Below are positions 1 to 12,500 of a DNA stretch of 64,000 nt, one piece after another. This DNA is from Chiloscyllium plagiosum (Eukaryota): positions 16,260,550-16,324,549 of the forward strand of contig NC_057750.1 of the NCBI RefSeq assembly GCF_004010195.1, given 5' to 3'. The notes beneath the pieces were generated by a model that was given only the letters and a program-made list of their open reading frames with translations, searched no databases and had not been told where the DNA came from. The position numbers were made by a program, and so were the translations under genes. The stretch's first letter is position 1; each line of letters starts with the position of its first letter.

Positions 1-1247
1 AAGTAAATCATTCCAACAAAGTTGTTGGAGAGAATGCTAATGGACAGGATTTACATGTATTTGGAAAAGCATGGACTGATTAGGGATAGCCGACATGGCT
101 TTGTGTTTGGGAAATTGGGTCTCGCTAACTTGATTGAGTTTTTTTGAAGTAACGAAGAGAATTGATGAGGCCAGAATGGTGGACATGATCCATATGGAGA
201 AACAAATTACTGCAGATGCTGGAATCGGCTGAAAACAACAAATGTTGGAACACAGCTGGTCAGATAGCATCCATGGCAAGAGAGCAAGCTAACGCTCAGA
301 GTCTAGATGACTCTTCAAAGCTGAAGTGGAGGGGACAGCATTTATGCTGTAGTTTAGAGGGGAGCGGGGGTGGTGTGGGATAGTGGGTGTAGGGCCCTGA
401 TGGAGAAAAGATGCTGATAGTTCAGATTAAGTGATCACCCCCACCCCCTAAATTATAGTATTAATGCTGTCCCCTCTACGCTTCTCTTCAGCTCTGATGA
501 AGATTCATCTAGACTCAAAATGTTAGCTTGCTCTCTCTCCATGGATGCTGTCTGACCTGCTATGATCTTCAATATTTCTGATCTATGTGGACTAAGTAAG
601 GTGTTTAACAAGGTTCCCCATGGTAGACTGGTTGGCAAGGGTAGATCACATCGAATACAGGAAGAACTAGCCATTTGGATACAGAACTGGCTTGAAGGTA
701 GAAGTGGTGGTGGAGGGTTGATTTTCAGACTAGAGGCCTATGACCAGTGGTGCACCACAAGGATCGGTGCTGGGTCCACTGCTTTTCGTAATTATATAAA
801 TGATTTGGATGTGGATGTAGGAGGTGTGGTTAATACGTTTGTAGATGACACCAAGATTGGAGGTGTAGCAAAGAAGATTACCTCCTGAGTACAATGGGAT
901 CTTGACCAGATAGGCCAGTGGGCAGAAGAGTAGCAGATGGAGTTTAATTTTGTTAAATGTGAGGTACTGCATTTTGGAAAGGCAAATCTCAGCAGGGCTT
1001 ATACACTTAATGGTAAGGTCCTAAGGAGTGTTGCTGAACAGAGAGAGTATGGTGTGTAAGTTCATAGTTCCTTGAAAGTGGAGTTGCAAGTAGATTGGTT
1101 AGTGAAGATCACAGATGGTATGCTTGCCTTTATTGGTCAGAGCGTTGAGTATAAGAGTTGAGAGGTCATGTTGCAGCTATACGTGACATTGGCTAGGCCA
1201 CTTTTGGAATATTGTGTGCAATTTTGGAGTCCTTGTTATAGGAAGGA
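1..1247 (+). mobile_element. CR1/HER1-type LINE ORF2 (RT) fragment, interrupted at about 199-579 by a PLE-derived insert
   Basis: Decayed RT motifs (SKVFNKVPHGRL, YINDLD, FVDDTKIGG) with stops and frameshifts; same family as 44570-46345. Confidence 0.9.
199..579. mobile_element. Penelope-derived fold-back insert with decayed hammerhead motifs on both arms
   Basis: About 255-325 is the reverse complement of about 487-560. Flanked by a degenerate duplication (gatccatatgga / gatctatgtgga). gctCTGATGA-AGATTC-ATCTA-GACTC-AAAATGTTagc at 491-527. Confidence 0.7.
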
Positions 1248-1262
1248 AACTTAGTGTTATAG

Positions 1263-1575
1263 AGATTAGATTAGATTCCCTACAGTGTGGAAACAAACAG
1301 GCCCTTTGGCCCAACAAGTCCACACCGACCCTCCGAAGGGCAACCTACCCAGACCCATTTCCCTACATTTACCCCTGCACCTAACACGGGCAATTTAGCA
1401 TGGCCAATTCACCTAACTGGCACATCTTTGGATTGTGGGAGGAAACCGGAGCACCCGGAGGAAACCCACACAGACACTGGGAGAATGTGCAATCTCCTCA
1501 CACTCAGTTGCCCGGGTGGGAATTGAACCTGGGTCCCTGGCGCTGTGAGGCAGCAGTGCTAACCACTGAGCCACT
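1263..1575 (-). mobile_element. HE1-type tRNA-derived V-SINE
   Basis: Reverse complement of the copy at 2016-2347, including the tRNA head and TCTAA tail repeats. Confidence 0.9.
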
Positions 1576-1577
1576 TG

Positions 1578-2522
1578 CTTGTACAGCATGGAAACAGACC
1601 CTTCGCTCCAACTCGTCCATGCCGACCAGCTGTCCTAAACAGATCTAGTCCCATTTGTCAGCATTTAGCCCATATCCCTCTAAATCTTTCCTATTCATAT
1701 ACCCATCCAGATGTCTTTTAAATGTTGTAATTGTACCAGCCTCCACCACTTCCCCTGGCAGCTCATTTCATTCACGCACCACCCTCTGCGAGAAAATGTT
1801 GTCCCTTTTCCAATCTTTCCCGTCTCACCTTAAAGCTCTGCCCTCTAGTTTTGGACTCCCTCATCATGGGGAAAAGACCTTGCCTAATTACCCTATCCAT
1901 GCTCCTCATAATTTTATAAATCTCTGTACTTCTCAGCCTCTGACACTCCAAAGAAAACAGCCCCAGCCTTTTCAGCCTCTCCCTATAGCTCAAATCCTCC
2001 AACTCTGGCAACATCGGGCGGCACGGTGGCCCAGTGGTTAGCACTGCTGCCTCACAGCGCCTGTAGACCCGGGTTCAATTCCCGACTCAGGCGACTGACT
2101 GTGTGGAGTTTGCACATTCTCCCCGTGTCTGCGTGGGTTTCCTCCGGGTGCTCCGGTTTCCTCCCACAGTCCAAAGATGTGCGGGTCAGGTGAATTGGCC
2201 ATGCTAAATTGCCCGTAGTGTTAGGTTAAAGGGGTGGATGTAGGGGTATGGGTGGGTTGCGCTTCGGCGGGTCGGTGTGGACTTGTTGGGCCGAAGGGCC
2301 TGTTTCCACACTGTAAGTAATCTAATCTAATCTAATCTAATCTAATCTTTGTAAGTCTGAACCCTTTCAAGTTTCACATCTTTACAATAGCAGGGAGACC
2401 AGAATTGAACACTGTATTCCAAAAGTGGCTTAACCAATGTCCTGTACAGCTGCAACATGACCTCCCAACTCCTGTACTCCATGCTCTGACCACTAAAGGC
2501 AAGCATAACAAACGCTGCTGCC
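1578..2522 (-). mobile_element. CR1 3' fragment, split by the SINE at 2016-2347
   Basis: Minus-strand MLPELEDLSYRERLKRLGLFSLE (CR1 ORF2 C-terminus) plus 3' UTR. Confidence 0.88.
2016..2347 (+). mobile_element. Young full-length HE1-type V-SINE
   Basis: A box TGGCCCAGTGG and B box GGTTCAATTCC, central V-domain (GTGTGGAGTTTGCACATTCTCCCCGTG...), CR1-like tail and (TCTAA)n end; CpGs retained. Confidence 0.93.
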
Positions 2523-2965
2523 TTGAAAGGTTTCAGGAAAGATTTAAAAGGATGGAGCCAGTTGGAGGGTTTGAGTGACAGGGAGAGGCTGAACAGGCTA
2601 GGGCTATTTTCCCTGGTTTGTCTGAGGCTGAGAAATTACCTTATAGAGGATTATAAAAGGGACATTTTCGCAGGGGTGGGGAAGTCCAACTAGAGGGCTT
2701 AGGTTGAAGGTGAGAGATTAAAAATTTAAAAGGGACCTCAGCGGCTACTTTTTCTCACACACAATGGTGCATGTATCAAATGAGTTGCCAGAGAAATTGG
2801 AGGAGGCTGATACAATAACAACATTTAAAAGGCATCAGGAATGGGTATATGAATAAAGGTTTAAGGGGATATGGGCTAAATGCTGGTAAACAGGACTAGA
2901 TTTTATTTAGATAGCATGGACAAGTTGGACCGAAATGTCTGGTTCTGTTTTGTACATCTATGACC
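2523..2965 (+). mobile_element. CR1 3' end fragment
   Basis: Same 3' sequence as 45855-46345. Confidence 0.85.
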
Positions 2966-5247
2966 ATATCATGTAATTTTTATTAGTTACACAATGTCTG
3001 TTTGGTGTTAATATATTTAAAATAGCAGTATTATTTTCATTTGAAAGTTTTCAGTATCCCAACTTGTCTGGAAATGTAAAATAGCTGCAACTGGCACCGT
3101 TTTTACACATGGGAGAGAATGTTTTCATAACATTGACCGCCTGTTTGTAGAAAACATTTAGCGCTATGAACTGCCAAACCCTTGTACCTGTTGCTCTCTT
3201 AAAATACTTGTTTCACTATCTTTAGGCTAAGAACTTGATACTTCGTTTATATTAAAAAAAACAATTCACTCCCAGACCTTTTGGTAAACCTGCAATGGCA
3301 TGTGTTTAGCATTTGCCTAATTTAGCAATTCCCTTTGTTTTTGTGAGCAATTTTATTGTGCTGAATTATTAAAGCTTATGCCTTAAATTAATGTTCACAC
3401 ACTTTTTAAAAATTGGATATTCAAAGTTGTTTGTTTGGTTTAAGTGCTTTTAAACTTGGACCCCTCCTGTAGATTTTTGTCGTCATAATTTCATTCAGCA
3501 GCTTTTTCCACAATACATCTTTGACCAGCCATGATAAATGTCATACTGTTTAAATACAATGTACGATTAAAGTATTGCTGCATATTTGTTTCTAAGAAAT
3601 GGACTTGATAGTTTTTTTTTAATAGTCACCTGTCACTCTTGCTTTTGTGGTGTATCGATTGGAATTATGACAGAGGTGACAAAGTTTAAGATTGCTTCGT
3701 TGTGGCTGTAATTTGGATGCAGAAATTCTCACCTGTTTATACAATTAAATGATTTGGACGGCATTTGCTGTGCAAATTAGTGTTATTTTTATTATTGTTA
3801 CATGTGCTGAGATGCAGTGAAAAGTTTTGTTTTGTGTGCTATACAAAGTGCATCAAGGTAGCAGAATGGAGTGTAGAAGACAGTGTTACAGACAAACAAG
3901 GTGCAGAATGAGGGAGATTTTGACAAGAAGATTAAGACTTTACACTAAAGCTGGCTGTTATTATTAACTGGCTCCTCCAATTTAGTTGTGGTTGAGAGCT
4001 ATTAGCTTGATACAGTAGAAATAAACCTTTTGAGCTCCTCAGTTGGCTAGGGCTAACTGTAACTCATGCAAAGCCAGGAATCCTCTGACTCAATCCCAAC
4101 TCATTTCTGAGTGTCCTATCTCAGCGGGGGTCCAATAATTCAGCATTCCTAGGTTGGGGGAGGGTGGGGGAATGACCTCTGCTTCCAGCTCCTGAATAGC
4201 GAGTTCTATGTGTGAATATTAAATGAAGGTACGACTGGCCTCCATTTGAATATCATTATTATAACTTGGCTCATACAAGAAGAACACTTACTCGCAAAAA
4301 GTGACAACATGGTACTCGTGAACTGGTGTCCCAGCAAGGAATCTACTGCTCAAGAATAAAAGGGGAAAAAAAATTGTTTCGAATTGTTTGACCACGCAAT
4401 ACATCAGGTTCCTCACTTAAAGCTCCACACTTTAGGATTTCAAAAGGTATCCGATTCTCCCTCTTCCATTGAATTGGTGCCAGTTCTATCCTCCTCTCTT
4501 TATGTCTCTTTCGATTGATTACCATTTTCTGAAGGTAAGATTGCTTACCACCCCTGTGCTCAGTGACCTGCACTGGCCCTCAGTCAAGCAATACCTTAAT
4601 TTCATGTTTTATGTTTTTAAGTCCTCCATGTCCTCCATCCCATCTGACTCCTATTATGTCCCGAAAAATGGTACCTGTTGTGATTGAATTCTGGCCTTTT
4701 GAGCAGCCTCAATATTTCTCATGCTCCATTAATGAGCATGTGCTCATGAGCTCTGGAATTATCTTCCTAAAACACACTGTCCCGCTGCCTTGCCTTTCTT
4801 CATTAAGATTCTCCTTAATCTTCTGTCAACCTTTTGGCCATTTGTCCTAGAAATGTAAAGATCATTTACTTTTTGTCAAGGTAATGATCATAGTTGTAGA
4901 ATTAAATTCCCACAATGCCAGCAAAGTTTCCACAATTTATGAAAAATGGGATAATTGATTATTTTTAAGGCAGAGGTAGATAGATTCTTAGTAGGCATGG
5001 GAATCAAAGGTATAAGAGTGCACGGAACATGATCAACTGTGATCATATTGGAGGATGAGCAGGGTTGATAAACCAAATACTTCTGCTCCAAACTTGAGGG
5101 ATAGAACTGGGTTATTCAGTCACCAAGTTTATGATTCTCACTATTACAGTGCATTAACACTGCTCACTTTATAGAGCAACATATCTACTAATTTGCTGCA
5201 TACAACTGCAATTGCAGATCGCTAATTTTCAGTGGAAGATAATTTTC

Positions 5248-5582
5248 ATAGAATCCTACAGTGTGGATGGAGGCCATTTAGCCCATTGAGTGTCATGCTG
5301 AACCTTCAAAGTGCATCTCACCCAGACCTACCCCACTACCCTATCCCTCCAACTCTGCATTTCTCATGGCTAATTCACCCAACCTCCACACTATGGGCAA
5401 TTTAGCATGAGCAATTGACCCAACCTGCACATTTGGACTTTGGAAGGAAACCGAAGTACCAGGAGAAAACCACGCAGACGGGGAGAATGTGCAAACTGCA
5501 CATAGTCACTCAAGGGTGGAATCGAACCTGAGTCCCTCATGCTGTGAGGCAGCAGTGTCAACTACTAAATCATTGTGCTGCC
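5248..5582 (-). mobile_element. HE1-type SINE (diverged)
   Basis: Reverse complement of the HE1 head, V-domain and tail. Confidence 0.85.
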
Positions 5583-7081
5583 TATGAACCAACTTCATGT
5601 CTTTAAAACACTTCAAAATGAACATTTTCATATTCCACATTGGATGTTAACCGATGAGAAGAAAGTTTGGAAACCATTAACTTAAATACTGTCATTATAT
5701 GTAAAATATTTGGGAGTTAAAGGTTGCCCAGAGGTGAACTGGCTTTTTAACAAGGAATCAACACTTCAACTGAATTTTGAGTAAGCTTCTTCCTTCCCCT
5801 CCATTTCAATTAAATTTCACTATTCAAATGTAACATCATGATGGGCATATCTACCTTTTTGGTGAGACAAATAATAAGTAAACTGTGAAGAACAGTATCC
5901 CACCCTCCACCCGCACCACTCCATGTCTTTACACTTATGCTCCTCTTGGATTATTAACTGCTTTCACCTAAAACAAAGTGATAATTAACTATTCCTGGTT
6001 GTAGGATATTCTGGTGCACTTTAACTACTCAGTTATCTCCTAACTACTCATTTGGATCAAAAATAATCCCTTCTGTGCACATTAGAAAGGCAAGAATAGT
6101 TATTTAATTATCCTTTGCAGTTTGTTCCAGGTCAGACAAATGGAGGTCAGGAACAAGCATTTGGGCAAGTTGTAGGCCAGGAAGAGATAGGAAGTTGCAA
6201 AATGGGACAGTCCAGCAAAGAGGTGAAATAAAACAAGTGAGAAGGTGAAAGGTGTCCAGGAGATTGACTAAAATGGTAATAAAAAATAGCATTTGTGACT
6301 TTTTTTTAGTAATTGAAGCTCTTGCCCTATACGGGTATAAATTAGTTCTTTGTCTGATTTTAAATTATTTTTTGAACACCTTTCATTGATCAGCTACTTG
6401 TTGTACCCTTTAACAGATTTTGAAAGTTTACTGTGGATGATCTGGCCTGGAGGATTGAAGTCAGCCTTTCATAAAGTCTAGAATCTTAGCTAATGGTTTC
6501 AAGTTTCAGGCTTTCAAATATTATGTTAAAGTCAATCATATTATCATCACTATTGAATAATGCTTGTGTATTGTTAAGCTGTTAATTAGAAATGACTCAT
6601 TAAGTCCAATATGATGTACCTCTTGTGGTTCTGGGACAAAACTACCTTAGATACACAAAAAATTCACCCTTTCTGATACCTGCCAGTGTATCAATGCAGG
6701 TCAGTGTAAAATCAATATCTCCCAATAAAATTGCACTGCTTTTTGCAACATGCTTGTTTAATTCCTTCTCACTACATATGTACCATTTCATAGCTCTTCC
6801 CTGGAGAATGTAATCACGCCCAGCATAGTGTTGAAACCCTTTCCTATTTCTCAAATTAAAACAATTTCATATTATGTTGTTAAATTTATTGCTCTCCATC
6901 CACCATTTTGTATTTCTAATAACCTGGTATGTTTAGCTCCTGCCTTGGAGTTGTACCTCAGTAATGGCTATAATGTCACATGACCTGCCCATCCAACACC
7001 CCCGCGCCCCCCCAAGTTGAATTTGAGTCTGCATTTCATTCAATCTGTTCCATATACCCCACACATTTTGTATAAACTCCC

Positions 7082-7715
7082 TTGAAGCTCAAAACAGAAA
7101 CTCAACTGGGCTACCACATAAACACTGTCTACAACAGCATGTCAGAGGCTAGGAATACAGTGGCGAGTAACTTGCCTCCTGACTGCTCACAACCTGTCCG
7201 TCATCTAGAAGGCAGAAGTCGGGGATGTAATGGAATACTCCTCCTTTTGCCTGGATGGGTACAGCTCCACCAACACTAAAGAAGCTTGATGCTATCCAGG
7301 ACAAAGCAACCTGCTGGATTGGCACCACGTGCACATCCCTTACTCCACGGCACTCAGTAGCAGCAATGTGAACTATCTACAAGATGCACTGTGGAAATTC
7401 ACCATAGATCCTCAGACAGAACCTTCCAAACCTACAACCACTTCCATTTAGAAGGACAAGAGCAGCTAATACACAGCAAGACCACCACCTCCAAGTTCCC
7501 CTCTAAGTCACTCACCACCCTGACTTGGGACTATGTCACTGTTCCTTCACTGTCACTGGAATTCCCTCCTTCATGGCATTGTGAGACAACCCACAGCAGG
7601 TGTACTGCAGCTGTTCAAGAATGCAGCTCACCACGTTCTCAAGGGCAATTAGGGATGGGCAATAAATGCTGGCCAACCAGCAATGCCCACGTCCCATAAA
7701 TGATTTTTAAAAAAT
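7082..7715 (+). mobile_element. 3' end of an L2/CR1-group LINE (family of 40500-43030)
   Basis: Ends caagggcaattagggatgggcaataaatgctggcc...cccacgtcccat, shared with 42960-43030. Confidence 0.75.
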
Positions 7716-8039
7716 GCTTATTTGAGTCTCAACCCTTACCTGCCCTTTGATCTATTGTTTTTCTCTTATTTTTATCATGTGGTTGAGTACTGTATATCTT
7801 TTAATTCCTCATTGCCTGTAGAGCCAAAAGTGCAATATCTGAATTATTGTACTTGCTTGCAATTTTGTTTTTGTACTATTGTCATACTACCTTTCCACGT
7901 GATCCATTCCCTTTGTATCTGGAGTAGAACTAGTAAGTCAGTGTTAAAATGCATTCTTTGTCCATGTGTTATAGAATCGTGAAAGTGTCACTCATATTTG
8001 TAGCAAGTGTTCAAAGCTCTAGCTGTCTCTCTACTCTGA

Positions 8040-8330
8040 CAAAAAAACTGCAGATGCTGAAATCCAAGGTAGACCAACAAGAGGCTGAAAGAACACAGCA
8101 AGCCAGCAGCATCACGAGGTGGAGAAGTCAACATTTCAAATTCTTCAGGATTGGGGACGAGTGTCTGGGGAGCTGTAGATGTTGGGGTTGGTGAGGTAGG
8201 GATAGGTGAACATAGGTAGAGGGTATGACCTGGTTGGCTGATGGGAGCAATGAAATCTGCAGCTCCCCCTACAGCCATCCCCAGTCCTGAAAAAGGGTTA
8301 CACCTGAAACATTGACTTCTCCACCTCCTG
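8040..8330. mobile_element. Penelope-derived fold-back element (second family) with decayed hammerhead motif
   Basis: Arms ggaggtggagaagtcaacatttc versus gaaacattgacttctccacctcc; AGTC-CTGAAAA-AGGGT-TAC-ACCT-GAAACATT-GACT at 8283-8317. Confidence 0.65.
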
Positions 8331-8609
8331 AGGAGAAAGTGAGGACTGCAGATGCTGGAGATCAGAACTGAAAATGTGTTGCTGGAAAAGCACAGCAGGT
8401 CAGGCAGCATCCAAGGAACAGGAGAATCGACGTTTCGGGCATAAGCCCTTCAGGAATGAGGAAAGTGTGTCCAGCAGGCTAAGATAAAAGGTAGGGAGGA
8501 GGGACTTGGGGGAGGGGCGTTGGAATTGCGATAGGTGGAGGGAGGTCCAAGGTGAGGGTGATAGGCCGGAGTGGGGTAGGGGCGGAGAGGTCAGGAAGAA
8601 GATTGCAGG

Positions 8610-8639
8610 NNNNNNNNNNNNNNNNNNNNNNNNNNNNNN
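8610..8639. other. Assembly gap (N run)
   Basis: Run of n at the centre of an inverted repeat. Confidence 0.99.
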
Positions 8640-8828
8640 GTCAAATCCCTCGAACTCAGCACCGTCTTCCTAACCTGCAATCTTCTTCCTGACCTCTCCG
8701 CCCCAACCCCACTCCGGCCTATCACCCTCACCTTGACCTCCCTCCACCTATTGCAATTCCAACGCCCCTCCCCCAAGTCCCTCCTCCCTACCTTTTACCT
8801 TAGCCTGCTGGGCACACTTTCCTCATTC

Positions 8829-8858
8829 CTGAAGAAGGGCTTATGCCCGAAACGTCGA
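8829..8858 (+). ncRNA. Minimal hammerhead ribozyme motif (PLE type)
   Basis: CTGAAGA-A-GGGC-TTAT-GCCC-GAAA-CG-TC: intact core, 4-bp stem II, palindromic ACGT in place of stem III. Confidence 0.65.
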
Positions 8859-9067
8859 TTCTCCTGTTCCTTGGATGCTGCCTGATCTGCGCTTTTCCAG
8901 CAACACATTCTCCACCTCCTGCTGTGTTATTCTATCCTCTTGCTTTTCTCACTACTCAGAGTCATAGAGATGTACAGCACAGAAATAGACCCTTCAGTCC
9001 AACTCGTGCATGCTGACCAGATATCCTAAACTGATAGGTCAGGCAGCATCCAAGGAGCAGGAGAATT

Positions 9068-9095
9068 GACGTTTCGGGCATGAGCTCTTCTTCAG
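9068..9095 (-). ncRNA. Minimal hammerhead ribozyme motif (antisense arm)
   Basis: Minus strand reads CTGAAGA-A-GAGC-TCAT-GCCC-GAAACGTC, with one stem II mismatch. Confidence 0.55.
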
Positions 9096-9101
9096 GGCTC
9101 T

Positions 9102-9140
9102 GAATCCTGAAGAAAGGGCTCATGCCCGAAACGTCGATTC
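9102..9140 (+). ncRNA. Minimal type I hammerhead ribozyme motif
   Basis: Stem I GAATC/GATTC, CTGAAGA, AA, stem II GGGC-TCAT-GCCC, GAAA, CGTC. Predicted cleavage after C9135. Confidence 0.7.
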
Positions 9141-11544
9141 TCCTGCTCCTTGGATGCTGCATGACCTGCTACGCTTTTCCAGCAACACATTTTCAGCTCT
9201 GATCTCCAGCATCTGCAGTCCTCATTTTATCCTAAACTGATATACTCCCATTTGCCAGCATTTGGCCCATATCCCTCTAAACCCTTCCTATTCATGTAAC
9301 CATCCCGTACCTTTTAAATATTGTAATTGTACCCATCTCTACCATTTCCTCTGGCAGCTCATTCCATACATGCACCACCCTCTGTGTGAAAAAGTTGCCC
9401 CTCAGATCCCTTTTTAAATCTTTTTCTTCTCAGCTTAGACCTCTGCTCTCTAGTTTTGGACTCTGCTACCTTGGGAAAAAGACCATGGCTGTTCACCCGA
9501 TTCATGCCCCTCATGGTTTTTTAAATCTCTATATTGTCACCCTCTCAGACTTTGATACTCTTGTGGGAGAAAAGCCCCAGTCTCTCCATATAGCTCATAC
9601 TGTCCAATCCCAGCAGCACTCTTGTAAATCTTTTCTGAACCATTTCAAGTTTAGCAAAATCTTCCCTACGCAAGGGAGACAAGAGCTGAGCACAGTATTC
9701 TAAAAGTGGCCTAACCATGTTCTGTAGAACTGCACCATGATATTCCAACTCCTGTACTTCATGCACTGACCAATGAAGGCAAACGTGCCAAATGCTGCCA
9801 TCACTATCTTGTTTATCAGCAATTCCACTTTCAAGGAACAATGCACCTGTACCCTGAGGTCAGCTTTTTCAGCAACACTCCCTAGGACCTTGCCATTAAG
9901 TGTATAAATCCTGCCCTGATTTGCCTTTCCAAAATGCAGCACCTTACATTTATCTAAGTTAAACTCCACCTGCCACTCTTCGGCCCATTGGTCCATCTGA
10001 TCAAGGTCCTCGCTGTATTCTTCACTGTCCACTGCACTGCCAATTCTGGTATCATCTGCAAACTTACTAACCATACCTCCTATATTCATCCAAATTACAG
10101 ATTGTGGTTGAAATATATTTTTGTTCCTGCTGATGGCCCATGGTGCCCTGTGAATATGAATGAACTTAATAACTAAGTAACCATGGAGAGTTTTTTGGAG
10201 TTGGGAATTGCAGAGATTCATAATCCTCTGACCAGCTAAATTTTTATCCCCATCTTCGTCCTAAATGGACAATCCTTGTTGATGGTCCAGTCAGTGGAAA
10301 CAGCTACTCACTCTTTGTCCTGTCAAATCCTCCCTATAATTTTATATTTCAATCGGATTACCTTTCATTATTTTCCAGACAATGGAAGAAAGGCCAGTTT
10401 TGCTCCATTTCTCCTCCAAAAGGCAACCTCTGGGGAACCAATCTAATGAACATTTGATGAACCCCTCCAAGAGAAATGAGACCTCCTTTTTAGGAGGGTC
10501 CAATGTTGTATGTACAGCTCCTTGTAACAAAGCTTAATTAGTTTTGTTCTTGAACCTATTTGTGATGACAGTTTGTTAAAGATATTGGAAGTGAAAATAT
10601 TTCAGATAGTTCTGCTGTGCTTTTAATTTCTATAGGGATTTTATATTGAAGCCAAAATGGGCTTCCCTCCAGATCTGTGACAAAATCCTGCCCTTGACCA
10701 AAGCTACAATAGAATAGGGACTGACATTTAAAAGTACTACAGTGTGCTTTGGTTTATGTATCTGTGGATGCAGCTTATTGCCTTCTGTGTGGAAAAGCTG
10801 GGAACAGCCTCTAATCTGAGGGAAGGGGGGGGAGGTGAGGTGAAAATCAATGTTTTCCTTATCACATTGTAATTCGTCATCATCATTATACCTATTTACA
10901 AGGAGAGGCAACAAGGACAGAGAAACAATATTCCCCGTTGCACCCCCGACTTAGACATTCTTCACTGATTCTTCATAAGATTAAATTATCTGACACGACT
11001 GAGAAATCACCTTCACCACAGTTGTAGTAGTTTATGAAGTTTCTTAATGTATTATATAGTCATTATACAGGGAGCATCCAGATAAAGCAACATGCATATT
11101 GAATGGGTGACCGTTACAATCAAGAAGGGTCAATAGTAAAGATGAAGTCATCTGCTGTTACACAATTAATAACTGGCTTCACATAATAAATACTTTTCAC
11201 CTTGTTAAACTGACCTTCCAATCTTGTTAAATGGCTCTTCATAATGAATGCTTTTCCACCTTGTTAACCCATTACCCTTGCATCCAACACCCCATTGTTA
11301 CCTGAAAGTTCTTATCTGATCTGAGTCATGCTCAGCTGAACCTCTTGTTTCACAAAACTCAGAACTTAACTCTTTCCCTACCTGCTCTTACCCGATACAC
11401 ATTCTCAAGATAAAAGAGAATGAAACAAAGATCTGCAGATGCTGGAGTACATGCAATTATTATCTAATCTTGCCTCATTGATGTGGAGTTGCCCATTCTC
11501 CTACCTGCTGAGCAGAAGCTAGACAGCAACAATTTCTGATATGA

Positions 11545-12500
11545 AAGTCAGACATAGAGTTCCTCATGGTAGTATCCCACCATCTTCAGCTGCTTTATCA
11601 ATGACCTTTCCTAATCCTAAATTCAGAAGTGAGGATGTTTGCATATGACTCCAAAACTGGTGGTATGGTTGACAATGAAGAAGGTTACCTAAGATTTCAA
11701 AGGGATCTTGCTTAGTTGGGCCAATGGGCTGAGGAGTGACAGGAGTTTAATTTGGATAAGTGCGAGATATTCCATTTTGGTAAAGCGAACAAAGGCAGGA
11801 CTTGTGCAGTTAATGGGAGGGCCCTGGATGGTGGTGTTGAACAGAAACCTAGGGGTTCAAGTATGTACTTCTTAAAGCGTTGTATTACAGATAGACGAGG
11901 TAGTGAAGAAGATAGTTGGCATACTTGCCTTCTGCTCCGACCGTTGAATGTAGGATTTGGGACATCATGTTGAGTTTGTACAGGACATTGATGAGGCCTC
12001 TTTTTGGAGTACTGTGTACAGTTCTGATCTCCCTGCTGTCGGAAGGATTTTATTAAATTGGAAAGGGTTCAGAAAAGATTTACCAGGATATTGCTGGAAT
12101 TAAATGGTTTGAGTTATAAGGAGAGGCTGGATTGACTGGGATTTCTTTTCTCAGGAGCACTGTAGGTTGAGGATAACTTTGCACAGGTTTATAAAATCAT
12201 TAGGGACTTAGACAGGGAAAATACCTTTGCTATTCACCTTAAGATGAGGGATTTTGAAACTAGGGGGCATGTTTTCAAGCTGAGAGGAGAAAGATTTAAA
12301 AGGGACCGGTGGGGCAACTTCTTCACACCAGTTGGTTCATATGTGGAATGAACTACCAGGTGAAGTGGTAGATGCAGATCCATGAATAGGAAAGGTTTAG
12401 AGGGATATGGTCCAAATGTAGACAAACGTGACGAGTTTAGGAAATTTGATCAGCTTGGACGAGTTGGGGCAAAGGGTCTGTTTCCATGCTGTATGACTCT
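11545..12500 (+). mobile_element. L2-like RT fragment (about 11545-11645) joined to a CR1 3' fragment
   Basis: First part resembles 42670-42725 and 40375-40470. From about 11640 the sequence is CR1-type (DKCEIFHFGKANKGR) through the 3' UTR. Confidence 0.75.

Larger units (their letters stand above)
8331..8907. mobile_element. Penelope-derived inverted-repeat insert with 14-bp TSD; contains an assembly gap
   Basis: Perfect TSD TTCTCCACCTCCTG at 8317-8330 and 8908-8921. About 8375-8609 is the reverse complement of about 8672-8907. Confidence 0.85.
9037..9227. mobile_element. 191-bp fold-back PLE derivative with 15-bp TSD and hammerhead motifs on both strands
   Basis: TSD TATCCTAAACTGATA at 9022-9036 and 9228-9242; arms 9037-9095 and 9107-9167 are near reverse complements. 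Confidence 0.88.
8960..10091 (-). mobile_element. CR1 3' fragment (hosts the 9037-9227 insert)
   Basis: Minus-strand SKFADDTRIG...WAEEWQVEFNLDKCKVLHFG...RPLLEYCAQ. Confidence 0.9.

Noticed and set aside
2016..2095. tRNA-like sequence with A and B boxes
   Set aside because: It is the head of an HE1-type SINE, continuous with V-domain and tail; not a tRNA gene.
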